Assembly (NCBI GenBank): GCA_040285855.1
Contig: JAUFOQ010000010.1
Location: 1,302,001-1,366,000, forward strand
Reading direction: 5' to 3'
Length of the DNA: 64,000 nucleotides
Origin: Eukaryota sp. GEM-RC1
Lineage: Eukaryota
Every line of letters starts with the position of its first letter. The stretch's first letter is position 1. Under the pieces are notes generated by a model, which was given only the letters and a program-made list of their open reading frames with translations, did not search any database and was not told where the DNA came from. The position numbers were made by a program, and so were the translations under genes. Shown here piece after piece: positions 24,801 through 37,800 of the stretch.

Positions 24801-27725
24801 AAGAATTTGATTGAATTGAATTGATTAATTCATGAATACTGATGTAAAGCAGACGACAGTGACTGAAGTCAACAGAAGTCAAAGAAGGATAAGTTCGGAT
24901 GATGTCACACAAAACAAGAATTGCAGTGTCAGAAATTTGACATTTGTTCAATGTAAGTTCCTTAAAACTATATGATTTCAACAAAGAATGTAGAGATGAA
25001 AGTTCTTGAGCTGATATTTTGGTAAAAGTTTCTGCTGAAAATCGAAAAACACCATTTTCAATATCTATACAATTAGGGAGAAACATCAGGATCAATCACT
25101 GATTTGTTAATGGAAAGAATTTCAAATAAACTAATAATTCCTTCCAAACTGTCATTTTTCCATCCACGACATTCAATACGTTTAATGGGAACATTTGATT
25201 TTAAAGCATTTAAAAGTGACACCAAGTCAGCACTGGTAACGTGATGTTCATAACGAATATAACCAAGAGAAGTATCAATAACATGGGGAGAACACTTTAT
25301 ATTCGGCAAGACTTCCTTCGTTAAACTTAGTTGAAAGATTTCCAAAAGATTATTTAAGTTAGTTCCGCAGTTGGAGATGTCTACCGTTTTTAAACAAGAA
25401 TTGGATTTGAAGGCACCGATTAATGAAAATACTTGTTCAGGAGACAAATTACAACAACTGAAGTCAACAGAAGTCAAGGAAATATTGAGCTTAAACAAAT
25501 CACTCAATTTAGTGATTGCGTCATTGGAAAAACGCCAATTGTTGAGGGAAAGTTCTTTGACATTAAAAACTTCCAAAAGAGTCTGTAAAGCTGAAACTTC
25601 TTCTACAGTTACCGGAATAGACTTATTTGGAGAAAAACCAACTATTCCATTATCCAAGTCAATACAATGACGGAAGCAATCAAAACTGATTACAGATTTG
25701 TTCAAGGAATGAATCTCCAGCAATGTTAAACATAATTTTAAACTTGGTCGTCTCAATCCTGGACAAACTACACGTTTGATAGGAACATTTGATTTTAAAG
25801 CTTCCAAAAGCAAGACTGAATCATCATCAGATAATCTTTTTCGATAATAAATAGTGCCAATCGAAAGGTCTACAAAATGAGGAGAAACTTCAAAGAATAT
25901 TGGTGATTGATGACTAGCAATACATTGAAAAATAAGTAAAAGTGTACTAAACTCCAAGCAAGAATTATTGAGAAGAACTCTTTTAAGTTAGAATTGAACT
26001 GAAGTGCTTGAATTATCAAGATGATGTTTTCAGATGATAATTGACAGCCACTAAAGTCAATAGAAATCAATGAATTATTGACCCTGATTAAATCACACAT
26101 ATAGATGGTTACATCATCAGTAAAACGACAATTGTTAAGAGTAAGCTCTTTGATACTAAAACACTCTACAAATGGCTGTAGAAGCGAGACTTCTTCGGAA
26201 GTCAAGCGAACACGTTCGTGGGGAGAGTAACAAAACACACATTTCTTAGTCTCGATAAAATAAGGAGAAATGTCGATCGTTGATCGTAGAGTAAGAAAAT
26301 TTAAATTTTCATACACAGTAATCAATGAAGTTAACTTTAATCGTATTCCAGGAATACTAACTTTTTGAAGAGTAGAATTGCCATCAAGTGCTTTGAGAAA
26401 AGTTTGCAATTGATGCACATTAAATAAAGAAGCACCCAAACTCAAAGAAACCAAGCCAGAAGTCATTTGAACCATTTTAATTAGTGACTTGGCAGGCTTA
26501 CCTTTGAGTTCCTGTCTAGGTGTAGAAACTGTAATTGATAAATCTAACAAAGAAGTGTTTGATTGAAGAAAATTATTATAATGTTGGAATTCACAATCAG
26601 AAATCTTCAGCTTTTTTAAGGATGTATTGCTCTTTAAAACCTGAAAAATCCCACCAGGATTAATAACAGAGTGGACAAAAGATACTTCTTGCAATGACAA
26701 ATTATACTTAAGAGCATCAATCACTGTAGAATCAAGACTTCGTCTACAACGAGGAAACACTAGACTTCGAAGACTAGACGTGTTTAGAAGAGGAACAAGA
26801 ACAATTGAATCGTCTGTAAAAATACCAGATAAATCTAATGATTTCAGTGAAGTATTATTAGCTATAGCAGTAAACAGAAGCATTGATTCATCAGTAGGGC
26901 TTATAGAACAAAATACAAGTTTAATCCTACTAAATGAATGAATTGAACGAAAAACCTCTGTTAGAGCAATCACTTTAGAACTCGTTAAATAGTCAACATT
27001 GATATTTAATTCAACAATAGTCGTGCTCAACAATAGAGCTTCACAAAAGGTAGTTAACTGAGATTCAAACCTTGTTGTAAAGTCAATGCATCTTAGTCTA
27101 GGTAAGAATAGAGGAGAAGAGCTGTCAAGTAAGTGGGTCAAATTGGTGACGTCATCACTAATTTCTAGACTGGTAATTCTTGAAGTGTGGTCAAGAAGTT
27201 CTTCAACTTCGAAAGACAGATCTGCATTCAAGTCAACAGATTGTACATCTGCCTTGAAGAAAGATACTATGGATATGAGAAGACCAAGTTCAGAAGCAGA
27301 AATTGAGATGGTGTTGGAGTCAAGATACACTCTAACTCCAAGGAAAGCTGATTTAAGGAAACGTTGACTAACATAGCCAACTTTTTGGAAAAATGCAGGG
27401 AGTATGTTTGTCAAGCGATGAAGAGACCGATCATGTGCAAGATCAGACTTCCAGAGATTGCTTACTAGATGAGAGCTTATCAGCACCAGTAAAGTCTGCT
27501 GACAATGAATATGTTTTGGATGAGCTACGTCCTCACAAGCAAGAGAGGAATAGACGGAGTCGGATACTAAATCGGGAATGGGAATAAGAGAACATTGCAT
27601 GATGTTAGAAAAGTGACACATACAAAAACTTTTCTACCAATCTTTGAGACATTTCTGAGAACAAACATATCGATCACAACAGACAGCGAAGCGATTAGTC
27701 ACATTGGCTTTGTAAATGATGCAAG
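21883..27725 (-). CDS. LRR family gene C (~5.8 kb); nonsense TAG in the N-terminal Zn finger; homopolymer frameshifts
   Basis: ORFs 25870-27621, 25073-25957, 23227-25095, 22428-23282 and 21883-22431 are collinear; upstream in-frame VCCDRYVCSQKCLKDW*KSFC. Confidence 0.8.
23113..27322. repeat. ~4.2-kb near-identical duplication (partner 13403-17608)
   Basis: Direct sequence comparison. Confidence 0.9.
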
Positions 27726-27799
27726 AGTGAGTTTGAGTGGAAAGACGTCAAACACTTGTTTACAGTGTTGTACCTTAACCTCATGGCATTTTCGGATTA

Positions 27800-27990
27800 T
27801 GCCCTTGTGGTCATGGAATGTTAACAGAAGTATTCATTTCTAACACATTTGCCAAAGCTTTAACACCTTCATCTTCGACAAAATTATACGACATATCAAT
27901 GTTGGTAGTTGTTGTGTTGGCTTTCAACGCATTTGACAATGATTTAGCACCTTCAGCACCAATAGAGTTGACGTTGAGATTAATTCATGT
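27800..27990 (-). pseudogene. RNI-type LRR remnant
   Basis: NLNVNSIGAEGAKSLSNALKANTTTTNIDMSYNFVEDEGVKALANVL. Confidence 0.7.
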
Positions 27991-28499
27991 AACTATACCA
28001 TTCACTTTAAGTATTGTAATTATTTTATTTTATATAAACTTCTGCAAATGCATTTATTTCACTGACTGATCATAAACCCCGTTTTTTTATTAAGGTAGAT
28101 ACATGTATAACAGTTTTTCACTTCCTCTTTTCTTCTCTGATGTAACTGAAAAATCTAACACAAATTTGTTTGAGTAGATAGACAAAAGAAACTAACGAAT
28201 GTTGATTGTTTTGCCGACATGCATGAAACATTTTGTTAAAGCATCAACAATTACTTAATGTAACTACATTTTTAACACATCAGTAAATGTAGTTTTAATT
28301 CTTCCAAATTGCAGTAGGTCATGTTTAACAGTCGAATCATAGAATCACATGTCACTTTATAACAAACTTCAAAAATACATTAAATAATAAAGTAAAAACA
28401 CACTACTAGTAGTCTATCTCCACAACTTCTTGGTTATCTTTTTCCATCAGTATTAAATTTTACAATCGATCAAGATCTCTGATAGAATCTGCATTCAAT

Positions 28500-28620
28500 A
28501 AATTGTTGTCAAGTCGAAGCATTAGCTCCATATTCAAATGTTTCTTTGAAAAACTGTGTCTTGAATATCTAATAACGAGTTTAGCCATAGAAAAGAGCCT
28601 TATTGCTTGATCCAATCTCA
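28500..28620 (-). mobile_element. Possible hAT C-terminal dimerisation-domain remnant
   Basis: IRLFSMAKLVIRYSRHSFSKKHLNMELMLRL resembles ERxFSxxKxxxxxxRxxLxxxxL. Confidence 0.4.
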
Positions 28621-30073
28621 GTTTTCATATTCTGAGCCACTTTTTTACTATTTCATCGATCTTATTTTCATTTAGCATGCTGATGGTTTTAGTTCTGTGG
28701 ATCTAAGGAGATGGATCGAAATGGTAACTCAAAAATGAGTTCTTCATCATCAAGGTCTTCACTTTTTTCTGTCTGTCCCTTAAAGACTGCGATTTCAAAC
28801 AGCGAATATGGACTGTTTTGACTTTAACCAGATAAATAGTTTAGTGATCCAAACTTGGGAAACATTCATGAAAAACCGTTGGCTAAGTGAGCTGTTGTTT
28901 TTCCAGTGCATTGGAGGTAATCTGGAATACTTCAAAATGTTCGAACATTGTTTTCAGTTTCTGATCAACCAATATTTCGATCAGAAAATCTCTGTCAAAC
29001 TAAGAAAAAAACTGTTAAGTCTCATATTATGAGATGGGATTTAGATATGATGAAGCAAAAATATGTTTGAACTTCAAACATTGAAATATTCTGCTAGATA
29101 TGGCTTGTTGGCCATTGACAGCTATTCTGCCATACGCCGAACCGCGCATGGAAAATATATTTTTGTTATGTCGCAACACTGGTAAATTTAATTTTAATAC
29201 TAGTAATCAGGTAGGTATGTGAACACTCTTTCCTAACCTAGACATGAGCACTTGCTTTTAAACTCTGCACGACGCTTGCGATGCTTTGCTGCATTGTAAA
29301 CCTTTTCACCGATTCTTTCTATGTAATCAGTAAACCAGTTACAATGTTTTCGTCATGGGACTTCGGTAAAACGTGGTGATCATCACTTTACTTTTCGATC
29401 AGGTAGTCAACATCATTCTTAGATCCATATATGGTTCGTTTAAACTTCCATTTTACATTGCAAATATCCAGGGCTCTTCAAAACTGAAATGGCAATTCAT
29501 TGAAGTTGAAAAATAGTTCTTAATCAGTTTTTCCATCATTTCAACTCATTGTTCAACTGTTTGTCATTATACTTGACAAAAAAAAAGTTCAAAGTTGATC
29601 TTTTAGTTACTTTTTCTTGTACTTAGATAATATATACAATGTCCACTGTTCGTCCGAACTTTCATCGACGACATCTATAGACACATCTTTCAAAAGCAGT
29701 GATGTTCTTCAAATCACACACAAAATTAGCAAAAACGGGGTTTGTTTTTTAGCCGAGCTACGACCAATTTTAGAATGCAATCATTCATCAATATGTCGGA
29801 AGTTGATTTTGCAACTCAAGAGACCCAAAATATATTTTAATATAACTTCACTGGTAGAACTACAGTAGATGCGGGGAAACGTCATATCATGGCACCAAAT
29901 CTGAATCAAGTCAAGTGTCTGAAAGTGTGTGTCTGTTGTTTTAGACAGTAAAACTACTTGTGTATTGACAGCACAAACTGTATGGAAAAACAGCGTTCAT
30001 TAAAATATGATCGATATCGATTGTTTTAGTCTATTGGAAACAAAAAGCAAGATAAATGTTTGTGATCAAGAAA

Positions 30074-30201
30074 TGACGGGAAGGAGGAGTCGAACCTCTG
30101 GGTTATGGAACCTAGGATGACTGAGGTGCGCAAGTCGCGACTTAAAGGGAGATATCCCCTGAACGCCAGTCCATATGTCCACCAGGACACAGCATCCCAT
30201 C
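30074..30201 (-). ncRNA. tRNA-Sec-scaffold RNA, copy 2 (anticodon arm replaced by a 62-nt branched domain)
   Basis: GATGGGATG/CTTCCCGTC acceptor with U.U; GTGTCC-TGGT-GGACAT; GGTT-CCAT-AACC; GAGG-TTCGACT-CCTC; discriminator A; TTTCTT follows. Confidence 0.8.
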
Positions 30202-30256
30202 ACCAATTTTATAATCTGCAGAAATAATAATAAATCACTACAGGAACAACACCGAT

Positions 30257-30270
30257 CTATTTGCAACATC
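30257..30270 (-). promoter_or_regulatory. Candidate PSE-like upstream element of tRNA-Sec-like copy 2
   Basis: GATGTTGCAAATAG at -69..-56, the same offset as in copy 1. Confidence 0.45.
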
Positions 30271-30514
30271 ACTCTAGTGTACATACCAGTGTTCTAAAAG
30301 TACACATGCTTATCACTGAGTTCGACTATTTTCGTACTTAAAAAACTTCCCCAAACCTACTACATTCTTATGTTCATTCTCTCTGTGTCCTCACAGAATC
30401 CTGTTTTGGAATACTTTGTATCTGTTCAGAGTGGCTCCTCCACTCTGTTTTAAAATTGAAGACGATCATTATGTCCAATTTGTATTGATTAAAGACAATA
30501 ATTAACTGGATTAG

Positions 30515-30733
30515 CTAATTCCTTAGAAATATTCTCCAGCCATTTGAGATTGTTGCCATTTTTCCCCCTAATTTCGTTAATACCGTTAAGCCCTAGATTG
30601 TTCTGTTCAATTGTAGAATGTAACTTTCTTGCCAATTTTTGAGACATTTCTGAGAACAAACATATCGATCACAACAGACAGCGATGACCTCAGTCAGGTG
30701 GGCATTGCAAACGGAGCAAGAGAGAGGTTGCAG
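30515..30733 (-). pseudogene. Collapsed LRR gene: Zn-finger start joined directly to the last LRR and stop
   Basis: 30626-30733 matches the gene B start (CSVCNAHLTEVIAVCC); 30515-30625 matches the gene B/C end. Confidence 0.8.
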
Positions 30734-30746
30734 AGGGAATTTGTCC

Positions 30747-32360
30747 AAAAACTCTTTCAGTACATGAGTTGAAACTGCTGGATCACTCCCAAAACAAACT
30801 CAGATCTAAAAATGTGAGAGCTTTATTACATGAACATGACTTGTGCTACAGTATAGTATATGTATCAGTATAACTCTTATCACTCACCCTAAAACTACTT
30901 TTTGTACTTCATCCTCTTAATTGCCACACTCCTATCAATGCTAATGTAAACATTGAAACTATTCATCTACCATCTTCTGAGTCATCATGATCACGATCCT
31001 ATAGATTTTGATGGAAACAAGAGTCAGATAGTTCTCATTTTCTTAATGTTCGTCGTTATCTTCGTCATCAATATTCTCTTCAGACTTGAAGCTATCTCAC
31101 ATGAAAGATTGCCCTCCGTCTCATACCTCCACATCTCTGTACATTTCCCCTATCTCTATCACAATCATTTTTGGGAAGTCTTCGCTATCTTCCCTTAAAA
31201 GATACAGATGAAATTTCCCAACAACTGAAATGCTGCCGTTTTTAATGACTATCAGTTCTATCTATCATTCACTTCTCATAGGTTGGTGGTTTCTCAGTCT
31301 GTTCCAATCTATGTGGATCGTCGTAGTCGGGAGTCTTCTGGTAATTTCCAAAGTCGTACTGGACTCTATCATTTCTTCATTGGTGACAACATTCTGAAGA
31401 TAGTCTCTCATAATGTTTATGTAATTGATCATTTCTTTAATCTGAATTTGTTTAATTTTTTGAGTTTTTTTTCAAATTACATCAAATGCGCAGTAACATG
31501 TGAATGGGTCAAAAAAACATCTATTTTTCAACAAAATTTTTGATTTATTTAAATCATGGATTGAAATCCAATTCATTGTTTCCAGCAAATCCGAAATTTT
31601 GTTGGATTTTGCGGCCGTTCTATTCAACAGTTTTCCAATATATTAATACCCAAATCAGCTAACAGAACTACATCGGCAAAAAAAACGGCTTTATGTGCGG
31701 AGAAAAACACACAACAATAAAACAACAAATAAATGGTCTCGGCAAATGATATGAACAAATCACAAATTTGGATAGTCATGGGCCTCGTCTCTATTCAAAA
31801 TTTCGGGAATGTTCATCATTTTTGGCATCTTTCTAATCATTGACAGAAAACATATGTGAAGAAGAGTAATTATTACCTCATTCTTACATTAAATCAAGAA
31901 GTATAAAAGCTGATTTCACCTGGGAAAAGTATTTTTCAGAACCGTTGATTAAACACATAACCAGAAGTCTTTTGTTTTCAAAAGTTAGCAAAAGTTAATA
32001 AGATTGTTGACAGTAATAATTCGTTCTTGTACATTCGATCAAGTGAGATCTAATGTATGAGCAGCACAAGGAAGCCAGTTCACGACGACGTGCCGTTCTT
32101 TCTTCATTGGAGAGTTTGCTGCATGTACTTGTATCATCGGTGCTTTCAGATAATAATTGCTGCCAATCCTTCTCACACTTGGGAATACCTCATGTGGTCA
32201 TATATGATAGGTTTGGAACAAGACACCTTCTTTAGTGGCTCTGGATTCGCTGTGGGGAGTCTCACTACTGTTGTGTTTCAATCTACTGGACCAATTGGAT
32301 GTATCATGGATAGAGGTTTGCTTGTTTTTAGATAGCCAATGATTCTTATTATACAATTCC
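30747..32360 (-). mobile_element. Triplicated module, copy 3 (decayed hAT transposase)
   Basis: NWLPCAAHTLD remnant; homologous to copies 1 and 2. Confidence 0.75.
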
Positions 32361-33159
32361 TTCCAGTTTGCACAATGTTCTTGAGCACCAATTTAATTGA
32401 GCTTTGTTCTTAAGCTAATTCGAAGAACCAATGTGATACACCAGATAATGTATGCAGGTTAGGAGATCGAAAACTTTGGAAGAGCTGTCACATTCTATAT
32501 CTTCGAATTTCAATTTGAAAGTAAATTATCACTGAGCGGATCTCATATACGTCAAGAAGATTTTCTTCAATTCTTCAATGCGAATAAAATGATCGAAGGT
32601 GGGATTCATTACGTCAGAAATGTTCAAACATTTATACGATTTATGGAAGCTCTTTATGTAACCGAACCAACGTAAATCATCGTTGGCTATTGACCCATCC
32701 ATGTTAATTCGGTTTATGGTGTTGGTAGTATCTTTGGTGTTGCTGTGTTTATTTAAGTGCATAACCATTCATAAAGTGTTGTTAATGGATCAATCCCAGT
32801 TTTTATAGGTCTACCGTACTAACTCAAGTTCATGATTTGGGTACCCTAATAGAAAATCTAAGAAATGACAGTGTAACTGCAACTCTTACGTCTCGTGTTT
32901 TTTCATAATTTTTCCTGTTTTGTTACAATTGTCAGGTATTACAAATTTAACATATTTTACTCATATATGTTCAATTACTGCACCTAACATATCCCAGTTT
33001 TCTTGTGGATTCTTAAGTCTATTATATCAAAACAATGGAACAGTAGAAGGAGCATTTATTAGTTTTTATAGAACCTTAATTGCATACATTTGTCTAAGCG
33101 TCAGTATCATCAGTAGATTTCAAATAAACGTTCAGTTCTTCTTGGAGATGATCTTCTAC

Positions 33160-33281
33160 TGTTAGCACAGCAAGTGTCAACACGTGTTCTAGTAGTGAAC
33201 TGTAGCATTATTTTACTTAGATTACTCTCTCCCCTTATAAAGGTACCGTCCTTTTCACTTTCAGCCTTAAACAAGGCATCA
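33160..33281 (+). repeat. 5' LTR (122 bp)
   Basis: tgttagcacag...aaggcatca; 3 C/T differences versus the 3' LTR. Confidence 0.95.
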
Positions 33282-33322
33282 ATAGCTATTGGCCGTACAA
33301 TAAGGCCTATCTAACCTCAAGT

Positions 33323-34877
33323 ATGTCAACTAAACCCCAAACTTCACTTCCAGCATCACACCTTCTTGCTGACCAGGTACGCTTCGTAGCACCGAAGCTG
33401 TCCTCCCTCTCTACGAATGCCGTCGCCCGCTTCGTCCAGGAAGTCTCTCACTTCCTCCAGGCCTCCGAGCCTGACCAATCCCAAAGTATTCCTTTGACAG
33501 AACCAACTGTGTTTCCTTCCCTCTCCGCTTCCATTCCTTCAGCTGCTGAACGCTTAGCTGAAGTCGAACAAATGATCCATGCCGCCTTAAGAGAATCGCA
33601 CCCTGAGGGTTTTGACCCTGAAACCTTTGCCGCCTACTGGTCCGCCGCCAAGAAAGTCACAATTGCCGCCAACCCCCCTTCTCCTAAACCCTCTTCAGAA
33701 ACCTCTATGCCCAAGTTCCTCAAAGATGATGCGGAGGCTCTAAAACGCAACTTAAAGTCCTCTTAGTTATCTCACTCCTCTTCCTCCCCTCATCAGCTTG
33801 ATGACTGGGATGGCCCTTCATTTTTCGATGACCCTCCTGTTCCTGAAGGCTTTTATCGCATTATCCTCCCAAATATACTCAGCCTAATACGTATTATGTG
33901 TCCAACCGCCCTTTCTAGCCAGGAGAACCTGTGGATTTATCTACTATCCACCATAGCCGCCAAAGACGCCTCAGAAGCAAGAAGATTGCTGAATTCACTC
34001 TCAATGAAAACCCCAGGCCGAGAACCCCTTACATTCTACATCCTAGATCTCCAGAAAGCTGCCCAGAGATGCAAGAACTTGCTGAACACCTCCAGGCCGA
34101 AACCTCTAATGGAAAGCTTCATTCAAGGCCTCAAACCCTACACTTTAAAAACCAAACTGATGGACGAGTTCAAGATGAACCTCATTCAGGACATCGATTC
34201 GCTAATCTCCAGAACGATCGCGCTCAATGAAACTATAGCTCCAGAAGAAACGAACCCCAAATTCCGCAATCATCAAAGAAGAAATGATTTTAGAAACACT
34301 AACTCCAACTTTGGAACCAGAACTCCCTATCCAAATTCCAACCTCCGAAATAAAGAACCAGCCGGCGAAAAGAACAGCTGCTCTTTCTGTAAGAAAGACG
34401 GCCACGTTATCGAAGACTGCTTCGATAAGTCGTGTAAGAAGTCGAAACATTATGATCCATCGGCCCCGCAAACGAAGAAGCCGTACTCAAATCCAAGGCT
34501 TCCAAGACCAACCTTTGGCAATGCTAAGAGATCAACCAGAAGCTCTAAAAATAATTTTGTCGCTTCCAGAGAGCAATGCTCTGAAAGTCTCCACTCTACC
34601 ACCATCTCAGACGACGAACCCATAGAGTTCGAGCTAGAACTCCCATTTATCAAACACTTTCCTTTTGATAAACCCAAGAATGTCAATGCCCAAAGCCTCT
34701 GCCGAAACAATGGATGATCCTCTCCCAGTGAGTGTTCCGCAGGAATTAAGCTCTTCCTTAAAGGAATTGAGCCGAATAACAGGATCGGGTTTCGACCCTT
34801 TTCTACCTGTGAGAGATACGCCACAACGGGATGGTGACTCCAAAGTTAACGCAGTTGCCAAAGCTACCGAAGGTTAA
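33323..34877 (+). pseudogene. gag: gag region (interrupted), with CCHC knuckle
   Basis: FIQGLKP motif; CSFCKKDGHVIEDC. Confidence 0.8.
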
Positions 34878-34879
34878 TC

Positions 34880-37800
34880 AAATCAAGAACCCTCCAAACT
34901 CTTATCTCTTAAAGTCCTTGTAAACAACACTCCCTTCGAAGCATGCCTGTGAAACCTCCTGCTTCTCCGAAGATATCGCTAAAAAAGCCGGATGCCAAAT
35001 CGTCGCTAGTAGATTTAAATTCACTCTAGCCAATGGAACAAACATCCAATCTCCTGGAACAGCCAACGGTATACTGAGCTTCGAATTCGACCGGATTCTC
35101 TCTCCGTTGGTACACCTGAAATGCCAGATCCCAATTATACCAGGAGTAAACCAATTCCTAATTGGATGTGACTTATTGTCAAGCCTCGGCCTACTTAAAG
35201 CAAACTCACTGATGATCAACTTGAACAAAGAACATTCAAAGATCACAGGAGCCGAAGCCACCCTGGACCACCTAATGGTCGACACACCTAGGAAAGGCCT
35301 CGTCGCTTCAACGTCCACAACTTTAGACGTATCAGAAAGTAGAATCGAGCTTCCCGAAGAAACCGAAGAGAAATTGCTGAAAATTCTAAACAAACACAAA
35401 GATGTGTTCGGAAAACCCCATCCCGAAGGCATAAAATGTAAACCAATGACTATCCCGTTTTTACAACGAGGGCACAACCTGCAAGAAAGCCCCAAGAAAC
35501 CTAAACCCTACTAAATTGAGAATCGCCAACGAGATCTTTGATGACCTCATCGAAGACGGATTCGCCGAAGAAACCTCGACTGAGTCTAAATTTAGCTCTC
35601 CAATCGTCTTGGTAATCTACCCTGACGGTAAAAAACCCAGATTAACAGGGAGACTACTCAGGAACTGGAGGTGTGAACGCTTCCACCAAGCCGATTGAAG
35701 CCAATCTACCCAAGATATCAGACGTATCTATCTTCCTCTCAAATGCCAACTTCATTTGCACACTAGACCTCCCGAAAGCATTTTGGCAAGTTCCGCTAGA
35801 CCAAGCAGACTACCAGAAAACTACACTAAGCATCCCAGGCCGTTCAATATTCTTCAAAAGAGCCGCCTTCGGACTAAAGAACGTGCCTGCGTTCTTCCAG
35901 AACTTGATGCAAGACATCTTCTCCATGCCTAATGTCTTTATTTACATGGACGATGTAATCATCGCTGCTTGCACAGAAGAAGAACTGCTTTCCACGTTAG
36001 ATGCCATACTAACGAAAGCAGTCGAACAGCTCGCACACGAACTGCTTCCCTAACCATCAAGAATCTAATTTGTAACGCCTGCAATCTAGCTCTTCCCGAC
36101 GGAAACGCAAAAATTGTAATCTCAACAGACGCCTCTGACAAAGCTATCAGCGGAGTAGTTTGGAAGAAGCTCGACAAGACCCCTACGACCTCTCCGCTAG
36201 AAGATCAAAAATTAGAACCAATCAGCTTCTTCTCGAAGACCTTGACGGATAGCCAAATGAACTGGCCAATAATGCAGAAGGAACTTTTCGCGATAATCTG
36301 TACCCTGAACCAGCCCGCCATGGCCAACTTCTTGATGACACGACAGCTAACGATTTTCTGCGACCACAAGAACATCGTTTACCTGATTAACCAGCCAGAA
36401 CGAAATCGGATCGTAACCCGCTGGATTCCCCTACTTTCTAACTTCTCTTTCGAAATCATCCACGTCGAAGGTCCAAACAACGTATTCGCCGACCTCCTTT
36501 CACGTCTCACGCCCGCTAACCCCAGTTTAGAATCAGAATTACCTGAAACTTCAACATGCTTTAGCTTATTTTCAGTAGAACTCTACGAGACTGAATACTA
36601 CTTTGAAGAAACCCCAACAAAGACCGAATGCCCCAAGTGTGGAGAACGCATGCCCTACTTAACCATGCCCGACCACATACCCTGTGAAGGCCCATACTTC
36701 GCATGCAGAAACTGCCTCAACAAACTACAACCCCACGAAGTCTACAACGATGATGAACGCAGAGCCCTGCTTCACTTGTATCCGAAAGAAGACACGCCTA
36801 TCAAAGACTACTGCGGCATCTTCCAGCTAGACAAAGCAGGCCCTCGGAAATACATTGAACGTAGAGACGACCACATCAAGGAATTATGCTTCCGCTTCGT
36901 AAAGCACAAAGGTCTCATCAGAAGTCTAGAAAAGAAGAACTCTTCACTAAGGAAACTAGTAGAACCCCCTGCCAAAATCAAAATAATTGAACCAGAATCG
37001 AAAATTCCATGTGGCCATTGCAACCACGGAACCACCGACTTGGAACTATGTGCCAGCCACCACCAAGTAACAACATATCAAGAACGACTGGTCTGCCACA
37101 GTTGCAAGAAATATACAACCGACCAGATGCTGACAGAAGCCAAAGATAAACTAAAGAAAAGAAAAACCAAAAACTCCCACGAGAAGCTCCTATCGTACGA
37201 CGGTACAGGCTCGTATTCGTAGACGCCCTTACGAGATACACCATCTTATGTCCCTCAGACAAAATCTCCGCTACAAACTCAGCATACTGTCTTATCAACG
37301 CGGTGTGCGCCAACGTCGGCATACCCGACATGATCCACTCAGATAATGGACCCGAGTTTTGTAACGCCACCTTTAAAGCATTATGTGCCTTTCTGAACAT
37401 AACTAACTCCTTTTCGCTCCCTCACCACCATCAAAGTAATGGTCTGGTTGAGCGAAGAAATCGAGAAATCAACCAAACTCTGAAGAGATTTCTCCTAGAC
37501 TTAAACGACTTCCAAAACTGGTCGACTCAACTACCTATAGTACAGTTGATGATCAACAATCAACGCCACTCAGTTACCAGATGTACTCCATGGGAACTAA
37601 TGTTTGGATCTCCAATCGACCCTAGAAAACCTGCATCAGATCTACTGGAAAACTAACATCCAAACCACTACAAGAAACAGGCAACGTGTTTGTCAATGCC
37701 CTCGCTGCAAGAACAACCTACTTAAAAGGAAAGTGGGAAGAAGCAGCCAAGAACCAGCAAAGTCATCTGGACAAACTTAGACCCAACTCAAAACCGGTCA

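Noticed and set aside
25960..25990. Same frameshift (TTAAAAGAG) in genes A, B and C as a programmed -1 frameshift
   Set aside because: Adding one A restores KRVLLNNSCLEF; there is no canonical slippery heptamer; near-identical duplicates differ at other homopolymers, which points to systematic long-read error. Short reads are needed to settle it.
27634..27636. In-frame TAG at a Gln position as evidence for a TAR=Gln genetic code
   Set aside because: Single case; intact long ORFs lack in-frame TAR and genes end in TAA/TAG; a simple CAG>TAG change explains it
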